A DNA stretch of 64,000 nt from Longimicrobiales bacterium. GTDB lineage: Bacteria > Gemmatimonadota > Gemmatimonadetes > Longimicrobiales > Gaopeijiaceae. The notes under the pieces are model-generated. The model was given only the letters and a program-made list of their open reading frames with translations, was not told where the DNA came from and did not search any database. Made by a program: the position numbers and the translations under genes. Numbering within the stretch: the stretch's first letter is position 1; each line of letters starts with the position of its first letter. The DNA lies in assembly GCA_963664435.2 (NCBI GenBank), contig CAXXKM010000003.1:928001-992000 (forward strand). Reading direction: 5' to 3'. Positions 19,248 to 29,506 of this stretch are shown piece by piece.

Positions 19248-20951
19248 ATGCCGATGACGGTGCGCGCTGTCGGGTCCGGCCCTTCGCTCTCGACCATCCG
19301 GTCCGTCCCCTGGATCTCTGCGCTCCGGTCCCTCCCCTGGATCTCTGCGTTCCGGTTCGTACCCCTCTTCGTCCTCCCGCTTGCGGCCTGCACGGCGGGC
19401 GGGGAGCCGGCCGACATCCTCATACTCGGCGGCTCGATGATCGACGGATCCGGGAGCGAGGCGACGGCGGCCGACCTGGCGGTGGCCGGTGACCGCATCC
19501 GCTTCGTCGGAGACGCGGAAGGCGCGGGGATCACGGCGAGGGACACGGTCGACGCGCGTGGGCTGGTGGTCGCGCCAGGCTTCATCGACATGCACTCCCA
19601 CGCCGAGCTCGACGCCGACCACGCGCGGGACGCGCGCGCCTTCCTGTACCAGGGCATCACGACGGTCGCGCTCGGGCTCGACGGGGGCGGCTCGGCCCAT
19701 GTGGCGGACCGGCTGGCCCGGTGGACCGAGGACGGCATCGGGGTGAACGCCTTCCTGTCCGTGGGCCACAACTGGGTGCGGCGGCAGGTGCTGGGGATGG
19801 CGGACCGCGCGCCCACGGAGGCCGAGCTGGACGAGATGCGCGCGCTGGTGCGCAAGGGCATGGAGGAGGGCGCGCAGGGCCTCTCTTCCGGGCTCTTCTA
19901 CCTGCCGGGCAACTATGCCGAGACCGAGGAGGTCATCGAGCTCAACCGGGTCGCCGCCGAGTACCCGGGGGCGATCTACGACACTCACGACCGCGATCTC
20001 GGCGCGGCCTACCCGCCCTTCGGCTACCTCAAGTCGATCGAGGAGGGCATCCGCATCGGCGAGGAGGCGGGCACCAAGGTCATCTTCAGCCATTTCAACG
20101 CCCAGGGGGCCCATAACTACGGCCGGGCGCCCGAGGGGGCCGCGCTCATCGAGGCGGCGCGGGCGCGCGGGGTGCAGGTGGCCGGCGCGCATCATTCCTA
20201 CACCGCTACCCAGTCCAACCTGCGCTCCTATACCATCCCGAGCTGGTTCGTGGCGGGGGGCGACACGGCGATGCTCCGGCGCTTCGACGACCCCGACACG
20301 GTCGAGGTGATCGACCGCCAGACGCGCGAGATGCTCGCCATCCGCGGCGGGGCCGACCGGCTGCTGTTCGCCGACCGGCGTCCGGAACTGAACGGCAGGA
20401 CGCTCCAGGAGGTGGCCGACGAGCTGGGGATGGAGCCCTCCGCAGCGGCCCGCCACATCCTGCGCGAGGGGAATGCGGCGGTGATGAACCTCGGCCTCTA
20501 CGACATCGAGAACGTGCGCTACCTGGCGCGGCTCAACTGGATGATGACCTGCACCGACGGGCGCGATCCGGGGCCGACCCGGCCGATCACCCACCCCCGC
20601 GCCTTCGGGTCGTTCTCGAGGAAGATCCGCGACCTGGTGCTCGACGAGGGCCTCATCACCCTGCCTCATGCCGTGCGCTCCATGACCGGGCTGGCCGCCG
20701 ACTTCCTGGAATGGCCCGAACGGGGGTATTTGCGCGAGGGATACTTCGCCGACATCGCCGTGCTCGAGCTCGACGCGGTTCGGGACATGGCGACCTACGA
20801 GGATCCGCACCAGTACTCGGAGGGGACCGTGCACGTGCTGGTGAACGGAGTCTTCGCCATCCGGCACGGCGAGGCTGCGAGGGCGCTGGCGGGGCGGGCG
20901 CTGGTGCGCGGCGGCGCGGCTTTCGAGGCGGGCGCGCCCGATGACGGCTGA
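19248..20951 (+). CDS. N-acyl-D-amino-acid deacylase family amidohydrolase
   Basis: APGFIDMHSH, QGITT, SSGLFYLPG, HPRAFGSF and GYFADIAV; lipobox LAAC. Confidence 0.88.
   Translation: MPMTVRAVGSGPSLSTIRSVPWISALRSLPWISAFRFVPLFVLPLAACTAGGEPADILILGGSMIDGSGSEATAADLAVAGDRIRFVGDAEGAGITARDTVDARGLVVAPGFIDMHSHAELDADHARDARAFLYQGITTVALGLDGGGSAHVADRLARWTEDGIGVNAFLSVGHNWVRRQVLGMADRAPTEAELDEMRALVRKGMEEGAQGLSSGLFYLPGNYAETEEVIELNRVAAEYPGAIYDTHDRDLGAAYPPFGYLKSIEEGIRIGEEAGTKVIFSHFNAQGAHNYGRAPEGAALIEAARARGVQVAGAHHSYTATQSNLRSYTIPSWFVAGGDTAMLRRFDDPDTVEVIDRQTREMLAIRGGADRLLFADRRPELNGRTLQEVADELGMEPSAAARHILREGNAAVMNLGLYDIENVRYLARLNWMMTCTDGRDPGPTRPITHPRAFGSFSRKIRDLVLDEGLITLPHAVRSMTGLAADFLEWPERGYLREGYFADIAVLELDAVRDMATYEDPHQYSEGTVHVLVNGVFAIRHGEAARALAGRALVRGGAAFEAGAPDDG
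19297..19364. repeat. 27-bp tandem repeat (about 2.5 copies) in the signal-peptide region
   Basis: TCCGGTCC(G/C)TCCCCTGGATCTCTGCG at 19297 and 19324; partial copy at 19351. Confidence 0.8.
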
Positions 20952-21738
20952 GCGGGCGGGGCGCGAGGTCCTCGTAACGCGCGATGCGGCGCTGCTTACG
21001 CTCACCCTCCATCGCCCGCATCGGCTGAACGCGGTGAACCTGCCGCTCTATGCGAAGCTGGTCGCGGAGCTGGAAGCTGCGGAGGCGGACGGCGGAATCC
21101 GCTGCGTCGTCGTGACCGGGAGCGGGCGGGCGTTCTGTGCCGGCGCGGACCTGAAGGCGCACGCCGAGCAGCCGATGACGGGGGAGGAACGGGAGCGCTA
21201 TGTGCGAACCGCCCAGCGCGCCAACCACCTGATGCAGACGATGGGTACGCCGGTGGTGGCGGCGGTGAACGGGCACGCCATCGGGGCGGGGCTCGAACTG
21301 GCGCTGTCGGCGGATTTCGCCATCGTCGCGGAGGAAGCGAAACTCCGGCTGCCCGAGATCGCGCTCGGCACGTTCCTGGGAGGAGGCGTGGTCTACACGC
21401 TGGCCGAGCGGGTCGGAGTGCTCAAGGCCCGCGAGCTCGTGTACCTGGGCGACTTCTTCCCGGGAGCGGAAGCCGCCGGCATGGGGTTGGTCAACCGCGC
21501 GCTGCCGGCGGACGAGGTGCTGCCCGCGGCGCGCGAGCTGGCGGCCCGCCTGGCGCGTCGTGCTCCCATTCCGCTGGCGGAGGCGAAACGGCTCATCGGG
21601 CCGGCCGGCAACCTGTCGCGCGAGCAGGCGCTGGAGCGGGAGCGGGCGGCGCTGGAGGAGATCTTCCGAACGGATGACTGGGCGGAGGGCGTGGCGGCGT
21701 TCCGGGAAGGGCGGGCTCCGAACTACCGGGGACGTTAG
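20941..21738 (+). CDS. enoyl-CoA hydratase/isomerase
   Basis: AFCAGADL, GHAIGAGLELAL and LPEIALG. Confidence 0.9.
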   Translation: MTAERAGREVLVTRDAALLTLTLHRPHRLNAVNLPLYAKLVAELEAAEADGGIRCVVVTGSGRAFCAGADLKAHAEQPMTGEERERYVRTAQRANHLMQTMGTPVVAAVNGHAIGAGLELALSADFAIVAEEAKLRLPEIALGTFLGGGVVYTLAERVGVLKARELVYLGDFFPGAEAAGMGLVNRALPADEVLPAARELAARLARRAPIPLAEAKRLIGPAGNLSREQALERERAALEEIFRTDDWAEGVAAFREGRAPNYRGR

Positions 21739-21760
21739 TCGCTGGCCGGCCGACTGTAAG

Positions 21761-24004
21761 ATGACCCTTCGGCGCATCTTCGAGCCCGCTTCGATCGCTG
21801 TGGTGGGGGCCAGCGCCAATCCCACGAAGAGGGGCTACCAGATCCTGCGCGGGCTGGCGAGGTCGGGCTACCCGGGCCCGGTCTACGCCGTGAACCCGCG
21901 CGGAGGACGTCTCCTGGGACACGTCCTGCTCACATCCGTGGAGGCGCTGCCGGCCGGTGTGGATCTGGCCGTCCTGTGCACTCCCGCCGGGATGGCGCCC
22001 GCGCTCGTGCGCGCCTGCGGGGAGCGGGGCGTGGGCGGGGTGGTGGTGCTCGCGGTGGGGTTCGGCGAGTCGGGGAGCCGGGGGGCGGAGCTGGAGGCCC
22101 GCCTGGGCGAGGCGGCGCGCGCGCACGGCGTCCGCGTGATCGGCCCGAACACCTCCGGGATGATGAACCTGCACCAGGGCGTGAATCTGATCGGCGTGCG
22201 CGATGTGCGGGCCGGGGGCATCGCGCTGCTGGTGCAGTCGGGCAACATCGCGCTCGGGCTCATGAACGAGATCGGTGCGCGCACGCGGGAGGGGGTTTCC
22301 GTGTGCTGCGGGCTCGGCAACCAGGTGGACGTCGGGTTCGGCGAGGTGCTCGAGCACCTGGGTGAAGACGAGCACACGAGGGCGGTGATCGCGCACGTGG
22401 AGGGCTTCACGGACGCGCGCGCGTTCCTGCGGGCCGCCGCGCGGGTCACGCCCCGCAAGCCCGTGGTGGTGATCAAGTCGGGGCGGACGGCCGTGGGGGC
22501 CCGGGCGGCCCTGTCGCACACCGGGGCGGTCGCGGGTCCGTACGACCGCTTGCGGGCGGGGCTGTCGCAGGCCGGGGTGACCGAGGTGCGCCGTACCGAC
22601 CAGCTGGTCGCGGTCGCGCATGCGCTGGCGTCGCAGCCCGCCGCGCCTTCCGGCAGCGGGATCGCGATCCTCTCGGACGGCGGCGGGCAGAACACCCTGG
22701 CGGTGGACGCGATCACCGAGTCGGGGGCGCGGCTGGCGACCCTTGCGCGCGAGACCCGGGACCGGCTGCGGGAGGTGCTGGGCCCGGCCGCCGCGGTCGC
22801 CAACCCTGTGGACGTGGCGGGCGCGGCGGACACCGACCCGGGTGCCTTCGCGCGCGCGCTGGACGTGCTCGCCCCCGACCCGGCTGTCGGGATCATCCTG
22901 GTGGTGGGGCTCTTCGGAGGCTACGGCATCCGCTTCTCCGACCGACTGACGGCTCCCGAGACCGAAGCCGCCCGGGCGATGGCGGCCAGGATGCGCGCCC
23001 TCGGGAAGGCCATGGTTGTGCACTCCATGTACACCACCTACGACAGCCCGCCCCTGAAGGCCTTCGTCGATGCCGGCATCCCCGTGATCGAGTCGCTGGA
23101 AGCGGCGTGCCGCGCCACGATCGAACTCGAGCGCCGGTCGCGGCGGGGGCGCGCATCCCGTTGGAACCCCGACGAGGTTCCTCCTGCGTCCGACCTGCAG
23201 GCCGGCCCGTCGCGGACCGCCTCGGCGACCCGCCCACCGGGGTCCGACCCGGCTGCTACCCTCCCGCCGCCCGGCGCGGACACGCCCGTCCCTCCACGCC
23301 ACCCCGCGATCCGCGCGGCCCGCGAGGAAGGGCGGATCACGCTGACCGAAGTGGAGGCCCGCGCCCTGCTGGAGGCGGCGGGGCTGGCCTTCCCCGCCGC
23401 CGAGGTCGCCGACTCGGGAGAAGCGGCCGCCAGGGCGGCGGAGCGCTTCGCGTGTCCGGTGGCGGTCAAGCTCCTCTCCCGCCGGATCACCCACAAGTCG
23501 GACGCCGGCGGGGTGGTGCTCGACGTGGCGGACCGCGCCGCCGCCGCCCGCGCCTTCGAGGCCATCGTCTCAAACGCGCATGCCTACGCCCGCGCCGAGA
23601 ACATCCCCTCGGAAGCCTGGGCCGTACTGGTCACCCCGATGCTGCCCGCACCCATGGGCGAAGTGCTCGTCGGCGCATACCGCGATCCCCAGCTCGGCCC
23701 GATGCTCACCGTCGGCAGTGGCGGAACCCGGGTGGAGGTGCTGCGCGATGTCACCCATCGGGTGCTTCCCGTGCGGCCGCGGGACGTGAAGATGATGATC
23801 CGGGAACTGCGCGCCAGTCCTCTGCTCACCGGAAGCCGGGGCCATCCTCCCGTCTCCGTCGCCGGAATCGTCCAGGCAGCCGAGGCCGTGGCGCGCTGCC
23901 TCTCGACCTGGAGCGACGTCGCCGCAGTCGAGGTCAACCCACTCTTCGCGTACGGCGACCGCGCCGTTCCGGCCGACGCGCGCGTGATCCTGTCCGGTTC
24001 GTGA
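21761..24004 (+). CDS. NDP-forming acyl-CoA synthetase (acetate-CoA ligase family, fused subunits)
   Basis: SIAVVGAS, IGPNTSG, QSG, SHTGA phospho-His, NPVDV; ATP-grasp HKSDAGGV..EVNPL. Confidence 0.9.
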   Translation: MTLRRIFEPASIAVVGASANPTKRGYQILRGLARSGYPGPVYAVNPRGGRLLGHVLLTSVEALPAGVDLAVLCTPAGMAPALVRACGERGVGGVVVLAVGFGESGSRGAELEARLGEAARAHGVRVIGPNTSGMMNLHQGVNLIGVRDVRAGGIALLVQSGNIALGLMNEIGARTREGVSVCCGLGNQVDVGFGEVLEHLGEDEHTRAVIAHVEGFTDARAFLRAAARVTPRKPVVVIKSGRTAVGARAALSHTGAVAGPYDRLRAGLSQAGVTEVRRTDQLVAVAHALASQPAAPSGSGIAILSDGGGQNTLAVDAITESGARLATLARETRDRLREVLGPAAAVANPVDVAGAADTDPGAFARALDVLAPDPAVGIILVVGLFGGYGIRFSDRLTAPETEAARAMAARMRALGKAMVVHSMYTTYDSPPLKAFVDAGIPVIESLEAACRATIELERRSRRGRASRWNPDEVPPASDLQAGPSRTASATRPPGSDPAATLPPPGADTPVPPRHPAIRAAREEGRITLTEVEARALLEAAGLAFPAAEVADSGEAAARAAERFACPVAVKLLSRRITHKSDAGGVVLDVADRAAAARAFEAIVSNAHAYARAENIPSEAWAVLVTPMLPAPMGEVLVGAYRDPQLGPMLTVGSGGTRVEVLRDVTHRVLPVRPRDVKMMIRELRASPLLTGSRGHPPVSVAGIVQAAEAVARCLSTWSDVAAVEVNPLFAYGDRAVPADARVILSGS

Positions 24005-24128
24005 CGCCCCGCGTACATCGAGCCAAGAGATGTCCCGCCCTCGGAAGCCAAGGTTGCACGCCCGGGAGCAGGCCCCGCATCTTGCCATCTTGCGAAGTGC
24101 ATGCCCCACCCTCACCCCGGAGGCATCC

Positions 24129-24530
24129 ATGAACAAGAACTTCCTCATGGCCACGATCGCGGGCGGCGTCACCCTGTTCGTGCTGGGCTATCTTATCTAC
24201 GCCGTGCTGCTGGCGGACTTCTTCGCGAACGACGCGATCAATCCCGAGCCCATCATGTGGGCGGTGACCCTGGGTCAGTTCCTTTCCGCCGCGTTACTCA
24301 CCATCATCCTGGGTTGGAAGGGCGTCGCGAATGCGAAGGAGGGCTTTCACGCCGGGGCGATCATCGGGGCCGTGATCGGTCTTGCCTTCGGCCTGATGAT
24401 GTACGGGACGATGGTGGGCATGCACACGATCGCGACCCTCCTCGGCGATACCGTGGTCTCGCTGGTCGTCTACGGGGTCGGTGGCGCGGTGATCGCGATG
24501 GTGCTCAACCGGGGAGCCGCCGAGGCCTGA
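24129..24530 (+). CDS. 4-TM membrane protein (DUF1761-like)
   Basis: GGAGG SD; four hydrophobic segments; paralog at 33659. Confidence 0.7.
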   Translation: MNKNFLMATIAGGVTLFVLGYLIYAVLLADFFANDAINPEPIMWAVTLGQFLSAALLTIILGWKGVANAKEGFHAGAIIGAVIGLAFGLMMYGTMVGMHTIATLLGDTVVSLVVYGVGGAVIAMVLNRGAAEA

Positions 24531-24581
24531 TCCAGGCTCCGCACTCTGGTCGCCGGAAGCCCCCGGGGGGCCGAGGCCCGG

Positions 24582-25037
24582 CTACCGCGCGAACACCACC
24601 GCCAGCCGCCGCCGCAACTCGTCCCGCACCGCCCTAAAAGCGTCCAGTCGCGCCCCGGGACGTCCCCGAGCCGCCGCCGGGTCGGGCAGCCCCCAGTGCA
24701 CCCGGTGCGCGTCCCCGAGCCAGACCGGGCACACCTCCTCCGCGCACAGCGTGACCACGGCGTCCACCGGGCGGACTACGTCGTCCACCCCCTTGGAGTG
24801 ATGCCCCGAGATGTCGATCCCGACCTCGGCCAGGACCGCCACCGCCTGCGGGCGCACCGACGACGGCTCAGAGCCCGCGGAAGAGACCCTGACGCCGGCG
24901 GGCGCGAGATGGCGGGCGATCCCCTCGGCCAGCTGACTGCGTGCCGAGTTGGCCACGCACAGGAAGAGGATGTGCCGGAATCCCAGGTCGCGCAGCGCGT
25001 CCGCGTCCGAGCGCCAGCTCTCGCCCAACCCTGCCAT
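24582..25037 (-). CDS. arsC: thioredoxin-type arsenate reductase / LMW-PTP family
   Basis: CVANSARSQ P-loop, TLCAEEVCP and HWGLPDP; AGGAGG SD before 25037 (alternative start 25139). Confidence 0.85.
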   Translation of the reverse strand: MAGLGESWRSDADALRDLGFRHILFLCVANSARSQLAEGIARHLAPAGVRVSSAGSEPSSVRPQAVAVLAEVGIDISGHHSKGVDDVVRPVDAVVTLCAEEVCPVWLGDAHRVHWGLPDPAAARGRPGARLDAFRAVRDELRRRLAVVFAR

Positions 25038-25131
25038 CAGCTCCGTTTCCTCCTGTCCCGGCCGGGATCGTGGAAGTAGGATTGAACGCGCCTGCCCGGA
25101 CAACCTCGCGAGGGTCCCATGCCGGCGCGAG

Positions 25132-25321
25132 TCGTTCATCCCACGCGTCGCACCCGCGAATGGTTCATTCCACGCGCGTCGTTCATCCTACCAATCGTTC
25201 ATCCTACCAATCGTTCATCCTACCAATCGTTCATCCCACCAATCGTTCATCCCACCAATCGTTCATCCCGCGCGGCGTTGTTCATCCCACCCATCGTTCA
25301 TCTCCACCAATCGTACATTCC
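25132..25321. repeat. 16-bp tandem repeat array, about 11 copies
   Basis: TCGTTCATCC(T/C)ACCAA at 25179, 25195, 25211, 25227 and 25243; degenerate copies at 25132, 25161, 25259, 25278, 25294 and 25311. Confidence 0.92.
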
Positions 25322-26650
25322 ATGAGAAACGATTCCGACCGGCGGGTTCGCCCTTCCACGCCCGTCATCCTCCCGGCAGCCCGTGGACGAACTCCTTCCG
25401 GCTCCGCGCCTCGCCGCTCTCGGTGCTTGCGCGGATTTGCTTACGGACTGCTGGGGGTGCTGGCCGCCTGCGCGCCGTCCCCGGAAGCGCCGTCCACCGC
25501 CGACCAGGCCATCGTGCGGACCGCCCTCCACGACTTCCGTGTCGAGGAAGTCGCCGACGGCCTGGTCCGCCCCTTTGCCATGGCCTTCACGCCGGAGGGC
25601 GATCTGCTGGTAACGGAGCGTCCGGGCCGACTCCGCATCATCCGAAACGGAGAACTGCTGCCCGATTCCGTTGACGGACTGCCCGAGATACGGGCCCTTG
25701 GACGCGGGGCGCGATCCATGGACGGATTCGAGCAGGCCGGCCTGCGCGATGTCGTCCTCCATCCGGACTTCGCCGCGAACCGTCTTCTCTACCTCAGCTA
25801 CACCAGGCCCGGGCCCGATTCGCTGGGGAACATCGCGATCGCGCGCGGCCGATTCGCCGGCGACAGGCTGACGGAGGTCAAGGAGTTGTTTCACGCGGAT
25901 GCGCCGGGGAACGGAACCGATCGCAGTTCGATGTGGGGAGGGCGGCTCGCGTTCGATGACGACGGGTACCTCTTCATGACGCTGGGAGATCGGCAGTGGC
26001 CTTCCGCGGGCGACCTGACGGCGCACCCCGCACAGGACCTCTCGAATCACAACGGAACCACAATCCGGATTCATGACGACGGCCGCGTCCCCGCCGACAA
26101 CCCGTTCGTGGACGTGCAGGGCGCGCAGCCGGAGATCTGGACCTACGGCCACCGCAACGCCCAGGGGATGGCCATCGACCCGGGGACCGGCGACCTGTGG
26201 CAGAACGAGCACGGCCCCCAGGGCGGAGACGAGCTCAACCTGATCGAGCCCGGCCGCAACTACGGCTGGCCCGTTGTCGGCTACGGCGTCCACTACCGAA
26301 CCGGCCTCCGGATCCACGCGGGCACGCAGCATGAGGAAATGCAGGCGCCGGCCCACGTCTGGGTTCCCTCGATCGGCATATCGGGGATGCTCTTCTACAC
26401 GGGGGAAGCGTTCCCCGGTTGGCACGGGGATGCGCTGGTTGGAGGATTGCGTGGCCAGCGCCTGGTCCGGCTGCGCCTCGACCAGCGGCGGGTCGCCCGC
26501 GAGGAAACGCTGCTTCAGGACATCGGCCGCATCCGCGACGTTCGCCAGGGCCCCGATGGACTGATCTACCTGGCGATCGACGGCACCACCCGCGACATCG
26601 ATGGCCCGCCCACCAGGATCGTCCGGATGGTGCCGGCGGGCCGGCGGTAG
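25322..26650 (+). CDS. PQQ-dependent aldose sugar dehydrogenase (YliI/GdhB-like)
   Basis: LLVTERPGRL, LHPDF, EIWTYGHRNAQG, EHGPQGGDELN, NYGWP and GRIRDV. Confidence 0.9.
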   Translation: MRNDSDRRVRPSTPVILPAARGRTPSGSAPRRSRCLRGFAYGLLGVLAACAPSPEAPSTADQAIVRTALHDFRVEEVADGLVRPFAMAFTPEGDLLVTERPGRLRIIRNGELLPDSVDGLPEIRALGRGARSMDGFEQAGLRDVVLHPDFAANRLLYLSYTRPGPDSLGNIAIARGRFAGDRLTEVKELFHADAPGNGTDRSSMWGGRLAFDDDGYLFMTLGDRQWPSAGDLTAHPAQDLSNHNGTTIRIHDDGRVPADNPFVDVQGAQPEIWTYGHRNAQGMAIDPGTGDLWQNEHGPQGGDELNLIEPGRNYGWPVVGYGVHYRTGLRIHAGTQHEEMQAPAHVWVPSIGISGMLFYTGEAFPGWHGDALVGGLRGQRLVRLRLDQRRVAREETLLQDIGRIRDVRQGPDGLIYLAIDGTTRDIDGPPTRIVRMVPAGRR

Positions 26651-26699
26651 GGGCGCGTCGGCCGGGGATCTCCGGACGGGGACCTTCAGCCGGCGCTCC

Positions 26700-29357
26700 T
26701 CAGCGCGCCGGATCCGGGATCCGCGCCACGATCACGCGTACTTCGAAATCCTCCGCCCCGAGCTCAACGAGGAATGTCGTGCTCGCGCCTCTCTCCGTCG
26801 CGCGGAAGTCGTGGAAGCGCACGCCGCTTCCGGTCAGTTCGCCGCGGAATGGGCGGTTCACCGCCAGGTCCGCCCAGAGGACCGCCGTATCGTCGGATGA
26901 CCCGGTTCGGGTCACTGGCCACGGGTAGTGCCCGGGGGCGTTCAGAGAGGGGGCGAACTCTCCGACTTCCGGAAAGTCATAGGACGAGAAGCGCGGTACG
27001 CCTTCCAGCAGGCTGTCCTCGGCCCCCGCCACCGACATGGCCACCGCGTGCCGGGTCAGCAGATCGTCGAAGGTCAGACCGCTGACGCGCTCGATGCCCG
27101 ACAGACCCGGGGCGGTGAGCGAGTCGTTCAGCACGGTAACGAACGCCTCGTCCCCTGCGGGCGACGTGCCGGCCGTGCCGAACCAGTCGCGCAGGAAGCG
27201 ATGATAATGCCAGCCGCTCCCGTACACGTTGCCCCGGTCCCTGGGTCTGAACGTGACCGCGTTGGGACGTTCGGTGAACCAGGCAAAGGCGGATGCGGTG
27301 CGGCCGATCAGGTTCACGATCCCGTACACTTCCGGATAAAATCCGGTGATCCCCGCCTGCAGCATCTCGCCGGTCACCCGTTCGTGGACCGCCGGTCCCC
27401 CCGCAGCCTGCCACGCGAGGCGCGAACTCATTTCCTTGGCGATCTCGGCCGTGCCCTCCTCGATCCAGGTCGGATGAAAGTCGGGAGAGATCTCGCCCGC
27501 TACGCCCAGAGAATGCCGCACCCGCTTGTAGAGCGAGCTGACGTGCTTGACCTCGTGGACGAGCCCGCCGAAAGCCCAGTAGCGCTCGCTGTCGAGTTGC
27601 GCGAAGGCGCCGGCGCTCATGCGCACCAGCTCCATTTCGTTTGAAGAGGCGCACGTTTCGCGGGGCAGGGTATGGTCGCCTCCCCATACGAACGCCTTGA
27701 TGCCGTTGAGCGCCGGGTCCACCACCACGACAACCCGGCCATCGCCGTTCACGTCGCTCGTCCCGCCGAAGTAGCGCTCGATTACGGAGGCCCCGTAGTC
27801 CTCGTAGAAGGCGAGGATCCGGTCGGCGTTGGCCCTGGATATCCCCGTCGCTGCTTCTGCGTCTTCGTAGACGGCAATGTGGTCGTTCTCCGTGACCAGG
27901 CGGGCGTTCAGGGTGGCGTAGGCGTCGCAGCGTTCCCCTGGTTCGGCGGTGGGGTTGTACAGACGGAACATGCGCGTCGGCGGACTCGGCCCCGCATCCG
28001 CGGCCATGGCTCCCCGTACCTCGAAGGAGCGGTCGGGCAGAACCTCCAGCCGTCCCTCCATCGCGAGGCGCGAGAACAGCTCATCTTCCTGCTGCCGAAT
28101 CTCCTGGTGGAGGGCCGCGTTGGCGCGCTCGACTTCCTGGATCGCCTGCATTTCACGCGAAGGGATGGCCTGGCGGAACGCTCGCGCGGCGGAGGCCCGG
28201 TGCACGACGGGCCGCGGCGCGGTGGCGGCTGCGGCCCCCTCACCCGCGGTATCGGTTTCGGCGTGCAGCGCCACCGGCATGATGGCGGTGCTCCCGCCGT
28301 CGGCTCCCGCCAGCGTGACCCGGTAGTACGCGCCCGCCTCGGGAGCGCGCACGTAGAAGCCGCATCCGCGGATCGCGTCCTCTTCCAGAATCCGCACCTC
28401 CCCCAGTTCCAGTCCCAGCGGAGCGTCGCAGGCGCGCAACGTGAACTCGCGAACCGCTTCCCCGCCCTCCGAGTCGGCGAGCCGGACCTGCACGACGGCG
28501 GAGCCCGTGTCCGTGGGAACGCCGCGGATGGTCCCGCGGGAATCGAACCGGAGCCCCGGGGGCAGGCTGCTTCCCGCGCCGAGGCTCCACTCGTAGCCCT
28601 GGGTGGAACCGCCGCGGGCGCGCAGACGGGTGAGGTACGGGAGCGTGAGCCGCGCCCGGGCGAGCGAGTCGGTTTCTATGGTCAGCGGCAGGCGTTCCGC
28701 GGTAGCCCGGAACTCCTCGGTGACGCTCCCCGCAGTGGCGGCCAGCGCATGCCGGGCGGCCGTGCCCAGCGTCCAGGTGGTCTGGGCGAGGCCGGCGGGG
28801 CTGGTGACGGCTGACGCGGGCGCCACGGAACCGCCTCCCGAAGTCACGGCAAACCGGACCTGAACCAGCCCGGCGGGATGGCCGTTGGCATCCGTCACGC
28901 GCACGACGGCGGCCAGAGGGAGCGCCTCGCCGATGAACCCCGCCTGGAGGTCGCCGGCCACCTTCTCGATCGCGCCCGGCTCCTGGGCCACGGTTACCTG
29001 AACCCGTGTGCTGAGCGTGCCCGAGGTGGCGGTCACCGTGGCCGTCCCCGCCGTGATCGCCGTGACCACCCCGGTGCCGAAATCGACCATGACCGTCCCG
29101 GGCCGGTCGCTCGTCCAGGCCACCCTCTGGCCGGACACCGGATCGCCGTAGTGGTCGACGACCTCCGCCTGCAGTTGCAGGGTCTGGCCGATGGCGGTCA
29201 GCGTGAGGTCGGCGGGGGACACCGTCAGGGCGGCGGGCATCCCCGGCGGCGGCCCCGCCGGCTCGTCGCCGCAGGAAAGCAGCACGGCGACGCAGAGGCA
29301 CGCGCGAAGCGGGCGGGACAGCGCGAAGGGCAGTGACGGAAAGGCTCGATGCGGCAT
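26700..29357 (-). CDS. Ig-like repeat surface lipoprotein with a C-terminal HExxH zinc-metallopeptidase-like domain
   Basis: Lipobox LLSC; Big_2/Big_1-like and LPPGL-type Ig modules; HEVKH followed by WIEEGTAE. Confidence 0.75.
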   Translation of the reverse strand: MPHRAFPSLPFALSRPLRACLCVAVLLSCGDEPAGPPPGMPAALTVSPADLTLTAIGQTLQLQAEVVDHYGDPVSGQRVAWTSDRPGTVMVDFGTGVVTAITAGTATVTATSGTLSTRVQVTVAQEPGAIEKVAGDLQAGFIGEALPLAAVVRVTDANGHPAGLVQVRFAVTSGGGSVAPASAVTSPAGLAQTTWTLGTAARHALAATAGSVTEEFRATAERLPLTIETDSLARARLTLPYLTRLRARGGSTQGYEWSLGAGSSLPPGLRFDSRGTIRGVPTDTGSAVVQVRLADSEGGEAVREFTLRACDAPLGLELGEVRILEEDAIRGCGFYVRAPEAGAYYRVTLAGADGGSTAIMPVALHAETDTAGEGAAAATAPRPVVHRASAARAFRQAIPSREMQAIQEVERANAALHQEIRQQEDELFSRLAMEGRLEVLPDRSFEVRGAMAADAGPSPPTRMFRLYNPTAEPGERCDAYATLNARLVTENDHIAVYEDAEAATGISRANADRILAFYEDYGASVIERYFGGTSDVNGDGRVVVVVDPALNGIKAFVWGGDHTLPRETCASSNEMELVRMSAGAFAQLDSERYWAFGGLVHEVKHVSSLYKRVRHSLGVAGEISPDFHPTWIEEGTAEIAKEMSSRLAWQAAGGPAVHERVTGEMLQAGITGFYPEVYGIVNLIGRTASAFAWFTERPNAVTFRPRDRGNVYGSGWHYHRFLRDWFGTAGTSPAGDEAFVTVLNDSLTAPGLSGIERVSGLTFDDLLTRHAVAMSVAGAEDSLLEGVPRFSSYDFPEVGEFAPSLNAPGHYPWPVTRTGSSDDTAVLWADLAVNRPFRGELTGSGVRFHDFRATERGASTTFLVELGAEDFEVRVIVARIPDPAR

Positions 29358-29506
29358 GGAACGTAAGATAGAATAACTCCGGGGTCGGGCACATTCGCCC
29401 GGTGCTCCCGGTACTGAGACCGGCAGCCCGCTGCGGTGAAATGGGCCGGAAGTCTGCCATTTTGGCAGAGTCCTGGCCACGCGACGCGCACCGGGCGCGA
29501 TGGCTG

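Noticed and set aside
25132..25321. CRISPR array
   Set aside because: The units are 16 bp and directly adjacent, with no unique spacers and no cas genes nearby.
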